Source: Owenia fusiformis (Eukaryota). Taken from it: 64,000 bases of DNA. A model generated the notes under the pieces. It did not search any database, had not been told where the DNA came from, and worked only from the letters and a program-made list of their open reading frames with translations. This document shows positions 1 through 11,783 of the stretch, in pieces (the first letter of the stretch is position 1; each line of letters starts with the position of its first letter). Position numbers and translations under genes: made by a program. The stretch is from positions 48,546,001 through 48,610,000 of the forward strand of contig CAIIXF020000001.1 of NCBI GenBank assembly GCA_903813345.2, read 5' to 3'.

Positions 1-227
1 AGTACATGTATAGCCTTATCGTCATATTTGGTCACTCTCTGTACTATACCCTTAACAAAACAAATAGAGAAGCAAAATGTCAAATGAAGAATGTCGTGAA
101 AGGGTAACTTAACTGTGAAGTATATCAAACTGAAGTATACAATACAATGCTTAATGGTTTTTGAACATGAATTTAAGCAACAGTCCCAGCTAAATGTTTT
201 TAATGACAGAGTCATGGCAAGTCTTAC

Positions 228-1143
228 CATTAAACCAATGCTGTTGTGGGTCATCTTTTCTTTTCTTTATCTCAGCTATATAGGCATCGATGAAGTCCTC
301 TATATTCTCAGGATCAAACTTTGCAACATGAGCATCATACTCTTTCTTGACAATATTAAAATAGATCTCATCCATATTTTCCTTAAGGCGTTTCATCTTG
401 AATAGGTCTCCTGGCAGACATTTACTTAGTAGTGTTGCTCCTGGGATAAAGGCAGCTAGACTTGCACGCTTGAAGTTCACGCTGAAGTTTTCATCCATTA
501 GGTAAAGCATGCGATTCAGTACCGGATCATCATATTCAAATCTATGTCCGAAAACCATTGAGCAGATGACATTAGTGACAGCATTAGTTAAGGTGCTAGC
601 TTTCATCTGAAATGCCGACCCGTTATAGCTATCAAACACTTCGAAAAGACTTTCCAGCTCAGATGTGATCATTTTCTCCAGCTTATTCTTCCCAAGACCA
701 AAATCTCTGAGTGTACTAAGGGCAAATCGCCGCTGTTCTTTCCAGCGTGGTCCTTCAATCCCTACTAAACCACCTAATACCATCTCTCTTGTTTCACTAT
801 CACTACGCCCAGCAAAATCTTCACTGTTAAACACCTGTTGTATGTCATCATAGTTATGTAATAGCACTGCATACTGTCTCCCAAAATAAATTCCAAGTGT
901 TTCGCTACCAAATTCTTTTGTCATATCTATAAGTTTCCTTGCAGTTAGATTGCCAATTTTGTCATCTGGGTCAGGCTTGAACAGACCCATATTACCGACC
1001 AAGAATTTAGGGGGAGGTCCTGGGGGTAAAATCCAAGGACTGGGTTTGAATTTTCGGTAGAGAATTAAGAAGACAATCAGGAATATGAGGAGTGATGTTA
1101 AGTTGTTCAGCAGGACCTCAACTAGGGTATCTGTTAACCCCAT
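228..1143 (-). CDS. Cytochrome P450, CYP2 clan; first coding exon (gene continues left of the window)
   Basis: N-terminal membrane anchor, PPGPPP hinge, C-helix WKEQRRFALSTLRDFGLGK, NVICSMVFGHRF and DFIDAYI. Acceptor ttccag 5 nt before the ATG; phase-1 donor AATG|GTAAGA at 228/227. Probable 5'UTR exons with donors near 1894 and at 2271 (AAG|GTAAGT). I-helix and heme motif are not in the window. Confidence 0.93.
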
Positions 1144-1194
1144 ATTGTCTGGAATGAAAATATTATCTTATCTTATCTATATCGGGAATTCACA

Positions 1195-1780
1195 ATACTG
1201 TCATCTCATCCTGCCTACAATGAACATTATTATCATTTTATCCTGTCTAGAATGAACAATATTATTGTGTCATCCTTTCTAGAATGAACATTATTATCAT
1301 TTCATTTTGTCTGAAATGAACAATATTATTGTGTCATCCTTTCTAGAATGAACATTATTATCATTTCATTTTGTCTGAAATGAACAATATTATTGCGTCA
1401 CCATGTCTAGAATGAACAATATTATCATTTCATTTGTCTAAAATGAACAATATTATTGTGTCATCCTTTCTAGAATGAACATTATTATCATTTCATTTTG
1501 TCTGAAATGAACAATATTATTGCGTCACCATGTCTAGAATGAACAATATTATCATTTCATTTGTCTGAAAGGAGCAATATTATTGCGTCACCCTGTGTAG
1601 AATGAACAATATTATCATTTCAATTTGTCTGAAATGAGCAATATTATTGTGTCATCCTATCTAGAATGAACAATTTTATTTCATTTTGTCTGAAGTGAGC
1701 AATATTATTGTGTCATCCTTTCGAGAATGAACAATATTTTATCATTTCATTTTGAAATAAATAATATTACAATTTCATCT
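1195..1780. repeat. Minisatellite, ~32-33 bp units alternating as a ~65 bp dimer
   Basis: Repeated aatgaacaatattattgtgtcatcctttctag and aatgaacattattatcatttcattttgtctga units in a CYP 5'UTR intron. Confidence 0.9.
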
Positions 1781-1998
1781 TTGTTGAATAGATGGCAGAT
1801 AGATATGTAGATAAATACTCTATATGGTTGAAGTAGTTATGGTCAGTTATACCATTACATATGTATGTAGAAAGATACAACATACCAAATTACCTTAATG
1901 TAATCCTCTATTTTTGGTATGCAACTAGAAGATCTTAACATGCAGATTGTGTTTTGACCTGTATAAAATTATGATAATCTAGAATAGAGTATCAACTG

Positions 1999-2100
1999 CA
2001 AGGGGAGTAAGTCACCACTCCCTCTAATATTGTTATATTCTGTAGCCTTTTATATAGAGAATATTAGAGAGGTGGTAGATGGACTGACTTACTCCCTGTG
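1999..2100. mobile_element. 102-bp MITE with 8-bp target-site duplication (hAT/P-like)
   Basis: TIRs CAAGGGGAGTAAGTCA and TGACTTACTCCCTGTG; flanked by ATCAACTG at 1991-1998 and 2101-2108. Confidence 0.75.
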
Positions 2101-3219
2101 ATCAACTGAAAATATTTTTGTCACGAAACCAATGTGTAAATCAGGCTCTCCTAGTGGAAAGAAATGAAGAGAATTCAAATGTTATCTAAATGAAATTATA
2201 GCATGACACGATTTATGGCTAGATGCATATAGAAATGAATAACTAGAATTAAGATAGACTTAAGACTTACCTTCTACTTTAGTGGAGCCCTGCTTGTCTT
2301 GTGATATCACTTGTATTCAAATATCTTCTGTTTCACAGTTTTTAGACCCTTTGTGAAATCATATCATTGACATTGTATGTTGCCCGTATGTTAACGGTAC
2401 TTGACATATATAGATATCAGTTTTACTGCAAACAATTGATAAATGGATTCTATACTATAGTGGATATATTTACCGTGTTTGTAGTTACAAAAGTTGTAAA
2501 ACTGTTTAGTGATAAAGTACTTGTTCATTAAATGTTATTCATAATGATGAACCATTGTGCCCGTGCTATGGTTATTTTCATTTCCGTACAGTTATAGGGC
2601 TTTTAGGTTTACTTTTTTCTATTTCAAATATTGCACTAAACTTTATACTAGATATAGAGGTTCTTGTATTAGTACTTGTGCAAGATCATTCATTCGTTAT
2701 GAGCTTTGATGATTCTTTTTATTGAGTTGAAGACGAGAATGTTTTTCTCATTTGACTCTGTATTAGGCCATATTTTCAACTTTTTAAAATAAAACTGAGT
2801 AAAAATAGCTTCAAATTAATGAAACTTCATCTTTTCTTTCAATTGTTATGACGTCGATGAAATATGGCAATATCTTGCATGGGGTAAAGATGGTTGTATC
2901 TTTGTTAGTCATATGAGAAATAGTATTACACCAAAGCCTCTCAAATGAACAGAACTTGAAATGAGGTTGGTAAACAAGCAACAGAGAGTAACCCAATTGA
3001 AGTGTAAAAACTTTCAGAAATGCATAGATTGAAGTCTTTGTTTATGAATAAAATTGTTCGAAAAAATTGTTGCTGTGTCTGGAGGCCTTTAACACAGTGA
3101 CAATAAATGATCCATTTTATTTGCGAAATATCTATTTAAGAATACATTTTGCAGTAAGATTGTGCCATAAACAAGCCAAAAAAATAAGATTTATTTTGAA
3201 TTTCTCAAAAATTGATGCT

Positions 3220-3310
3220 ACTTCCTTCCAAATTGAGCTAGAAGCTTCAAATGAATCGCATTTTAAAGCTCTTTTCTTATTGGTTATGGGGGAGGGTGCG
3301 ATTGCACCCA
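3220..3310. repeat. Dispersed repeat fragment; inverted relative at ~44640-44770
   Basis: cttcc..aaattgagctagaagcttcaaat..tttaaagct..ctattggttatgggg..gcaccc recurs reverse-complemented near 44640-44770. Confidence 0.65.
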
Positions 3311-3391
3311 TCGCTATGCTGATGTAGTGTATATTGATACATGTACCTAGAATTCAATATGTGCTGTACATGTATGTTATATGTTTTCTAG

Positions 3392-6300
3392 ATCAGGGAG
3401 ACTTGGCACCCCATATATAGGCAAAACTTTCTCAAGAAATCGCTAGAAAGGACCAGGGAGTGTAAGAAAGGATTCTACTACTACCAAAGAGGATTTGGAG
3501 ATCAGGGGGTACGTTGTCCATTGATTTGTACTTCTAGTCTGTAATCATGGAAAATAAGGAGGTACATGTGCATATATTTACATATATTTGCAGATGATAG
3601 TCTATGTTTGTCCTCATATTCATGGATATAAGGATTTTACTTCACTATTATAAAGAAAACTGCATTTTTGTATTATAGATGGAATGCCATGATGTTGTAT
3701 TATTCTGGAGGATAGAGCGTATGTTACAAACCACCAGCAATGCTCTCAGACAACAAGTCATGAACAATGAAGGTAAGCAATGCCCTTAGACATTAAGTCA
3801 TGAATAATGAAGGTAAGCAATGCCCTCAGACAACAAGTCATGAACAATGAAGATAAGCGGTGCCCTCACACAATAGGCTGTGAACATTGAAGGTAAGCAA
3901 TGCCCTCAGACAATAAGTCATGAACAATGAAGATAAGCAAAGCCCTAAGACAACAAGTCATGAACAATGAAGGTAAGCAATGCCCTCAGACAATAAGTCA
4001 TGAACAATGAAGATAAGCAAAGCCCTAAGACAACAAGTCATGAACAATGAAGGTAAGCAATGCCCTCAGCTCAGACAACAAGTCATGAACAATGAAGATA
4101 AGCGGTGCCCTCACACAATAGGCTGTGAACAATGAAGGTAAGCAATGCCCTCGGACAACAGGTGATAATCAGTGAAAGCAAGCATGTTTACACAAAAGAT
4201 ATTCCATTTTATATACAACCATGCAAAATTCTTCCCTCTGAGTCTCTGTAGTATTTTCATCAGAAATGTATAATTGTAATCATACATATATCCCAAGTAA
4301 CATTTGTAACATGTGTGTTTTTCCAGCCAGAAGACTGGAAAAGAATGTAAAAGAAGTCTTAGAGCAGTATGGGGAAGATGATGCCAAAGTAAAGAGGTTG
4401 TTAAAATGTAGGAGAGTGGAGCTGGCTGATGAACTCAGTAAGTAAATTTGGGCAGTTTGTGTATGAACTGCTGGTGTTACTTAGAATACAATTTTTTGAA
4501 CAGTTGGTTTGTAGCTTCTGCACAGTCAAGTCATCCGTTGTACACAGGAAGTCTGGTAACTTTTTTTTTTGATATTGATGGCTTTTTTCAGTGACATTTT
4601 TTGAAATTCAGATTTCTTTGTTACTTGTTGATCGGCCAGTGACATCTTAACATGTTTACCAGGTAATAGTTGTCAAAAAGATATATGTATTTATATATGT
4701 ATATAAACAATACATACTAGTAAAGCACTTGAATGGCAGTCAATGGAAATGTAGGCCGGGATGTAGGCCAGTTCTACAGGCCTGTATAGCCCACTTTCAT
4801 TTCTTACCATGATAACATTATGCGACATCTTGTTTCATTTCTACCTAAATTCTAATTCTAATTGACATCATTTATACAAAGTAATAAATAAAATAAAGGT
4901 ATGTAATGCATCAGGAATGTCACTATGGCATTTGCCTTCATTCTTGCCAAGGTATAGGGCCTTTCAATTAGGTCAACCTATATTGAGCAGAGAGATAAAT
5001 CACACCGGAATAGCCTGACTACGGTAAAGTCAGATATCGTTGTCACAAATGGCGGACATAACCGTCGCTTCAACTGTTTAATCACTTGGTCCTTATTTCA
5101 TGGGATTTTATCGTCGCTAATTCTGTGAATGCATTAAGCTCTTGTGATAATGTATCATATGAAATCCCATTTTCGATCAAATTGAAATCTGGATTTGAGT
5201 AATTTAGAAAGACAAATGCATATGGTAATTACAGTGTCCGTTGTCCCGTATCTAATTTTGTTCGGTTAAATTAAAGACTTTATTTCGATGGTAGAACATT
5301 ACTAACTGTACAATGAGTATTAAGACGCTTTGATTGATTGTTGTTCCAAAGGAATTTAGTCTAGGTGCTCTATTAAACATACAGTTCATGAAAATCTAAT
5401 TGAAGCGATGGTTATGTCCGCCATTTGTGACAACTATATCTGACTTTACCGTTGTCAGGCTATTCCGGGGTGTAAATGAAAACCGATGTGAAATTCTTGA
5501 CACGTGATCTTCTTATCAACATTTTCATATTTCTGGGTAATGTAAGTCATAACAAAACTAACTTGGTTTTTCTAAAACAATCAACATTTGGACATAGCCC
5601 CAAGGAGCAGGTTAGTTGGGATTGATTGAACTTAATGGAGGTAGAGCTATGGTGCTTGCCCATAAAGGGATTTAATAAACTATAGTTTATGATATGGTAA
5701 AATTAAAAGGTTGTCACCACCCTGGCTTAAAACATCAACTCTTTCAGTTATAAGTTAGTGCATACATTGTCTGTTTGTTTTTTTGTGTTACCAGTATCTA
5801 CTACCATGCAATTATTTACAAATAATGGAAAAGTCTGACTAAAAATATGTTTACTTCCAATTTGGAAATTGTTCAAATTAATCACTGCTAGATGATGATG
5901 AAGAGCAAACCAATGGCTGTGTATTGAACCATTCAATTTACTTTCAAGTGAAATGAATAATAGAAGTTGATGGTAGTAATAGAAATGATGCATGACTATT
6001 TTATTGGCTTAAGGTGAAATTAGTTTGTACTTGATAAAGGTGGTAATTTGTTTCAAACGATAACATGAAACCTCATGGGAATTTAAAATTAATTCAAATA
6101 TGTAGATCTCCTGTGTAGGAGATATAGATTGCTAATTATAGGATGTGTTATAAGCACTATATCACCCTTTGCAAGAGGATCAGTGTCATTTCACACTCTA
6201 CATTAATGATGAACCTCTGAATCAGAACCTGTTATTTCTCAAAGATATGTAGATATACATGTATTGACATTGCTCTGTGGTGCTCTGATTGGTTTAATGT

Positions 6301-9300
6301 CAAATGGTGAATGGATTTGTCATAGTCAGAGTATTGATCGTGTGATATGAACCTATTCCCTTGAAAGTCCTAAATGTCTGTTAGCAGGGAAAATAAGTCA
6401 CTAGTACTTTTTATCCTCCCTGCTAGCAGGGATTATAGGAGTGTGAATGGCAAAAAAGGTGTCTGCATTGAATGTTGAAATTGATATTTTGTTTTTCTTT
6501 ATAGAGTAAATATGGGGTGTATGGTATACAAAACAAATAGCAACTGTCACATTTTTAGAAAACAGTAAAAAAAATTCCCCTCAAGAATATCCTATTCACT
6601 GGCATGTTCACATGCCATTGAACAGGATATTCCCTCTGTGAAAATAGTTTGCTCTATTTCCCTGAATGGCAGTCACTATTTGCATACTAAAATATAATTT
6701 CTAGCATTAATCACTGTTCCACATCTAGTTTCTTTGACGGAACGTCAATGTAACAGAATGGATGAACTTCCTGGTTACGAATTTTTTATTTTCTTGATTT
6801 AAATCTACTCATAAGTCAAGTTGCAGATTATAATTTGGCACAAAGATAGAGAATATAGTCTAGTTTTAATACGTTTCTTCGATTTGGAATTTGTTTTGTA
6901 AATGAAGTTGCAATGCATATATTTAGCCCCTCTCTTTTGTTACAATGATGAAAGTCCGTTATATTACCTATGTATGTTACTTTGACGACTAACGTCAATG
7001 TTACAAAAGCGGTGGTCTAAATGCATGAATTCAGCTATATTTAATTATCAAATTCCAAACCAACAGCATTTCTAAAAGCTAGACTATATTGTCTAATTTT
7101 GTGCCAAATCATAATCTGCAACTTGCCTTATAAGTAGGTTTAAATCGAGAAAACAAAAACTCGTATCCAGGAAGTTCATCCATTTTGTTACATTGACTTT
7201 CCATCAAAGTAACTAGTTGTGGAACAGTGATTAATATCCTGAAATGTTTGGCTAGTTTGATGTGCTTGAGAGCAGGATATACCATTTTTTATATGATGTT
7301 CTGTTCACAAATGTTTTCAGTATTGATAGATTGTTTGAATGATATAAGGATTGATAACACTCATAAGGTTGCAAATCTATTGTCTCATAATTAAATAATC
7401 CAATATTTGTTTTTTTTAGTATGTGTGTCATAGAAGGTGAGAGTGTATCTTATCTCATTAAACATTTTCGCAATAATTTCTAAGTTTTATTCTAAAGACC
7501 ATAAAAACAATGTATTTGTACATCAATAAAACATAATGTTTGAAACATAGCACAAGATGGAATTTAAAAACCAAAAAGTCATCTTTAAGTTTATTGAAGG
7601 AATGTTTGTACTTGATCATTAAAAAAATTCACTATAATTATTTTTTTCCTCAAAAAAGTTGGAATTATAAAACTTTCTTCAAGTCAGAAGAAGTATGTAC
7701 AGTTGATATATAGACTAATACTAGTAGCCAATAATGAGCAGGAGCCTGTACTCTGCATCTCAGGGGTGAGAAGAAATGAGATGTCATGGTTTATCATGAT
7801 ATAATGAGATGTCATGGTTTATCATGATGTGTACTGTGAGTTAACACAGAGATAAATGAATTGAAGTAGCTTTAAAAAGTCTACAACTCTGGGTGCATTG
7901 GAATGTGGCAATCCTCAAGAAAGTAAGAAAATGATGGCAACAAAACTCTACATACAAGTACAATTAAAGAGATTGTAACTCATTTATTCTTATCTATCCA
8001 GTTTATAATCATTTTATTCATATCTGAAGTCATTTGAGAGTGTGTTTCCCTCCTGGGAGAGTTCTTATCACGCTTCTCTTTGATCATGGAAGTGCTATGC
8101 TTTATTGAAAGTTTTTATGTTCACTTTATTGTTAATATGCTGTACACATTTGCTCCCTAGATTGATGCGAAACGAATGAGGAAAGTATCTTCATTTGAGA
8201 TAAGTTTAAAAATAAGATTCAAAGAGTGTATTTAAACTGATATCTAATGTTAAGAATTGTTAGAAGGAAATCTAATTATCTCATTTTAAATTCACTGTCT
8301 AATTTCAATTCATCATGGATATGTATGCTTATAAGTTTGAAGTAGTTGTCTCATTGTTTTGCAGCATCAATTGTGGGTGTGTATTGTGTTTATATAGGAG
8401 GTGGACCAACTGTTGAAGGTGCAGTGCAAGGGTCAGCTGCACACTGGTACCCAACCTCTCCTAATTGACATGTACACCCAGTGCATGTTGGGGGAGACTG
8501 AGACGCTAGACATGTGTTTAGCTCACTGTCCAGCCCTGCGATTTCTTCATCTTTTGCATTGACCTCCCCTTGCAGTGTAGAGATCTGAGCCTCTAAATCA
8601 TCAGTGTTACATGTTTCACTGTTTTGCAGTGTTGCAATTTCTACATCTTTTGCAGCGACCACATCCTCCAGTGTTGCGATTTCTTCATTTTTTGCACTGA
8701 CCTCCCCTTGCAGTGTAGAAATCTGAGCCTCTAAATCGTCAGTGTTACATGTTTCACTGTTTAACAAGTGCTCTTTGATCTGCAACAAAGAGCTATAAGA
8801 AGTAAAGGTGTTTAAGTAAAAAACAAAGTCAGTGACCCACATTTTTTATGCCTGAATATGGAGCAGAATGATGTTAGGAAGATTCTAATACAAAAAATAC
8901 ACACTTTCACTTAAAGTGATTTTTAGGCCTAGGTAGCTGCAACCACCTTAATCACTGCAGTATGTGTACTTGTCAAATATATCATACTGTACTTATTTTT
9001 TAATGACCAAAATTTGCTTGTCAAAGTTATTATTTCAGCTATTAAATATCACAGCCCTTTGAAATATCTGATTGTTAATATTTTAAAAATTTGTGCATTA
9101 GGCTATTAAGTTTGTGCACTTTAAAGATGTTTTACAATATCAAAAAATTTCAAGTATATTTACTGAATTTACCGTTTGGAAAATTTTCAGTCCTCGAGGA
9201 GTCTTTAAGGAGGCTTCGTTTCCTAACAAATCCCAGATGTCTTTCCTTAATTGTTTTCTCAGTTCCTTTCTTTCGTCTCTGCTTAATTTTGTCCTAGCAA

Positions 9301-11783
9301 GGCTTCCATCAATGGCAATTGCCATAGCTACCACGAGGATTACACTGAAACGCATTCTGAAATGATATTTAGTCACATGTTCATTCTTGTGATGTCAACA
9401 ATAGCAGATAAGATTTGTACTTTTGATTGATATTAATTATTTTCATTTTTATTTAATTCAGAACATTAAAGTTAAGTGTAACAAACAAATCAGCATGATT
9501 AACATGATTTCTTATATAAGTGTTTTATGGAGCGACAAACACGTTGTGTACACACAGCATGAAAAGAACAAATCATTTGGATTTATTTTAAATTTTGGCG
9601 AATATGAATTTGTGAATTTTTCAAATTAGCCAAAGTAAAGTATGCCTCAATTAACCTGGTACAGAAAATAGCTTAGCTTCCAAAAAATCAAAAGTTGTTA
9701 AAAAGTTTTGCAATAAACTAACTTACCTTGATTATTGATTTGGTTCTCCTGTCAAGATTTAAAATCTTTGATCTCTTATCTTCTGTCTGTAAGGAATTGT
9801 CTCAAAACTCTACTCTTTTTATAGGCAAACTGAACATGTTTGATGTTAAAAAAGATTCATTTGAACTACTTACTTTATTTGTAGTTCTAATGATTTTTAT
9901 CTTTTATTTCTTTCTTATTTTGAGAATTGATTATTTGAATATTGGGATAATTTGATCAAATGAAATCAAAACTGTTTCAATTGATGAATCATTTATGGTT
10001 TAAGTGCTTTAGTATTCACTATTATGAAATCAGGAGTTATCTGATTAAGAATTGTGTAATGTTTCCAAAAATAAATAGACTATTGATTGTCATTCAATGG
10101 GGCATGTTTCTTGTTTTTCTTCAACAATTTGAATTTTTCAGCTTAGTTATTTGAATTAATGACAATCATATTTCAATAATTTGCTCTTTTTTATATTAAC
10201 CTGGATTCTTAGTAATTTTGCATGTGAAGCCCATACCAAGAAAAGCAGCTGTATGACTTAAATATCCTATGGGAATTTTAAATGATGTTGCCCCTTTAAA
10301 TTCTGTGGAAACATATCACTTGTGTTTCTTTAGAACTGAGTCACTACATATCATATGCAGTGTTTTAAAGTTTGGGTTACTACATTTCATATGCAGTGTT
10401 TTAAAGTTTGGGTTACAACATATCATATGCAGTGTTTTAAAGTTTGGGTTACTACATATCATATGTGGTCTTGGTTTGTTGGTGATGAACACAAACATGG
10501 TTTATCTTTGTATCGCCAGTTTGATCTATCATGGGCTTTCAACTCTCTTGAAAGCCCATGGTCCTATTTTCATTTCCTAGCATCCTGATGCACCATACTA
10601 CAGTATACTTTATATTTTACTCCAGTTCCCTCAGAGAATTTGATGAATGACTCTTCATGAATTATTATCCCACCGAATGAAGTTCGAGGGGGATATAGAA
10701 AAGCCGTCCGTCCGTTCGTCCATCCGTCTGTTTGTCCGTCTGTTTGTCCGTTCGTGTGTCCGGGCAATAACTCAAATACCGGTTGACGGATTCCATTCAA
10801 ATTTTATAGGCTTATGCCTTATAGATGTAGGACCTCTGCTCGAGAAGGAATTTTCAATATGGCCGCTAAATTCAAAATGGCGGCTATTTTTCTGAAAAAA
10901 TATAATCTTTGATAACTCAAAAACTAGTGGGTTGATTTGGTTCAAATTTTATATGCTGTTACCTGGGTACAAAGGAGCCTTGCTCAAGAAGACATTTTCA
11001 AGATGGCCCCCATATTTTAAAATGGCGGCCATTTTTTGTATAAAAACGTTATGTTTGATAACTCAAATACCATTGAATGGATTTGGTTCAAATTTTACAT
11101 GCTGATGCCTAGGGACATTGGAGCTCTGCTTGAGAAGGGATTTTCAAGATGGCAGTTAAATTTCAAAATGCCCTCCATTTTTCATAAAAGAATGTAACCT
11201 TTGATAACTCAAACACCAGATGGTTTCAGTTCAAATTTTTTTATGCTGATGCCTAGAGACAAAGAAGTTCTACTCAAGAAGATATTTTTAAGATGGTCAC
11301 TGAATTTCAAAATGTCCGCCATTTTTCATAAAAAACATGTAATCCTTTATAACTCAAGTACCAGTTTACGGATTTGGATTAAATTGTATATGCTGATGCC
11401 TTGGGACAAGCTAAAGAAGAATTCTAAAGATGACAGCTGAATTTCAAAATGGCAACCATGTTTATAAAAACATAATCTTTGATAATTCAAATACCAGTGG
11501 ATGGATTTGGTTCAAATTTTATATGGCCGCTATTTATCAAAACATGTTTTGTTTGGTGGGATTTGCTACTCCGTGGAGTTGCTGTTTTTCTAGTTACAGA
11601 ACCCAATAACCTCATTTTTGTTACAACAAAAAATGTTGACCATCATATTTGATTACCCTAGCCTGAACATAATATGTAATATTCAGAATAATAACATGCT
11701 TCTACATTCTATTTCCAGAGAGGGTGCGGCAGATCCAAGAAAAACTAGAGGAATTTATAGATGCACTTAACAAGGAGAAGTAA
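3392..11783 (+). CDS. OPA1: OPA1 mitochondrial dynamin-like GTPase, last four coding exons (C-terminal stalk/GED region)
   Basis: Exons 3392-3508, 3679-3772, 4327-4437 and 11719-11783 splice in phase to [128 protein letters not shown]. This matches the recalled OPA1 C-terminus ([45 protein letters not shown]). Missed by the ORF track; upstream exons not seen. Confidence 0.9.
3737..4175 (+). repeat. 40-bp tandem repeat (~10.5 copies) derived from an OPA1 exon end plus its 5' splice site
   Basis: Unit gcaatgccctcagacaacaagtcatgaacaatgaag(g/a)taa; copy 1 is the coding exon end. Confidence 0.92.
5001..5472. mobile_element. MITE with ~72-bp TIRs, CAC...GTG termini and 5-bp TSD (Transib-like)
   Basis: 5001-5072 is a near-perfect inverted copy of 5401-5472; TAAAT at 4996-5000 and 5473-5477. 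Confidence 0.8.
6712..7229. mobile_element. MITE with ~155-bp TIRs starting CACTG (CMC/EnSpm-like)
   Basis: cactgttccaca...tgtggaacagtg ends with long imperfect inverted arms; ATTAAT on both flanks. Confidence 0.8.
8390..9355 (-). CDS. Unrecognised 190-aa secreted protein (signal peptide, basic helix, duplicated acidic coiled coil, 6-Cys tail), nested in the last OPA1 intron
   Basis: Coding exons 9355-9173 (61 aa, [20 protein letters not shown]...) and 8779-8390 (129 aa plus stop), joined in phase 0 by GT-AG. Acceptor tttcag 1 nt before the ATG; non-coding exon donor AAG|GTAAGT at 9727. Confidence 0.82.
9817..9823 (-). promoter_or_regulatory. TATA box of the nested gene
   Basis: gccTATAAAAag on the minus strand, ~90 nt upstream of the first donor. 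Confidence 0.55.
10323..10465. repeat. 36-bp tandem repeat, ~3.5 copies
   Basis: Unit actacatatcatatgcagtgttttaaagtttgggtt. Confidence 0.85.
10662..11595 (+). mobile_element. Non-autonomous Helentron-associated (HINE/DINE-like) element with ~146-bp internal tandem repeats
   Basis: 5' tcccacc and 3' ggtggga subterminal inverted repeat; (CCGT/CTGT)n microsatellite near the 5' end; ~5.5 core repeats (gataactcaaa spaced ~146 bp); 3' hairpin actccgtggagt. Confidence 0.72.

Noticed and set aside
10269..10895. Short repetitive ORFs
   Set aside because: Products of the 36-bp repeat and the HINE microsatellite.
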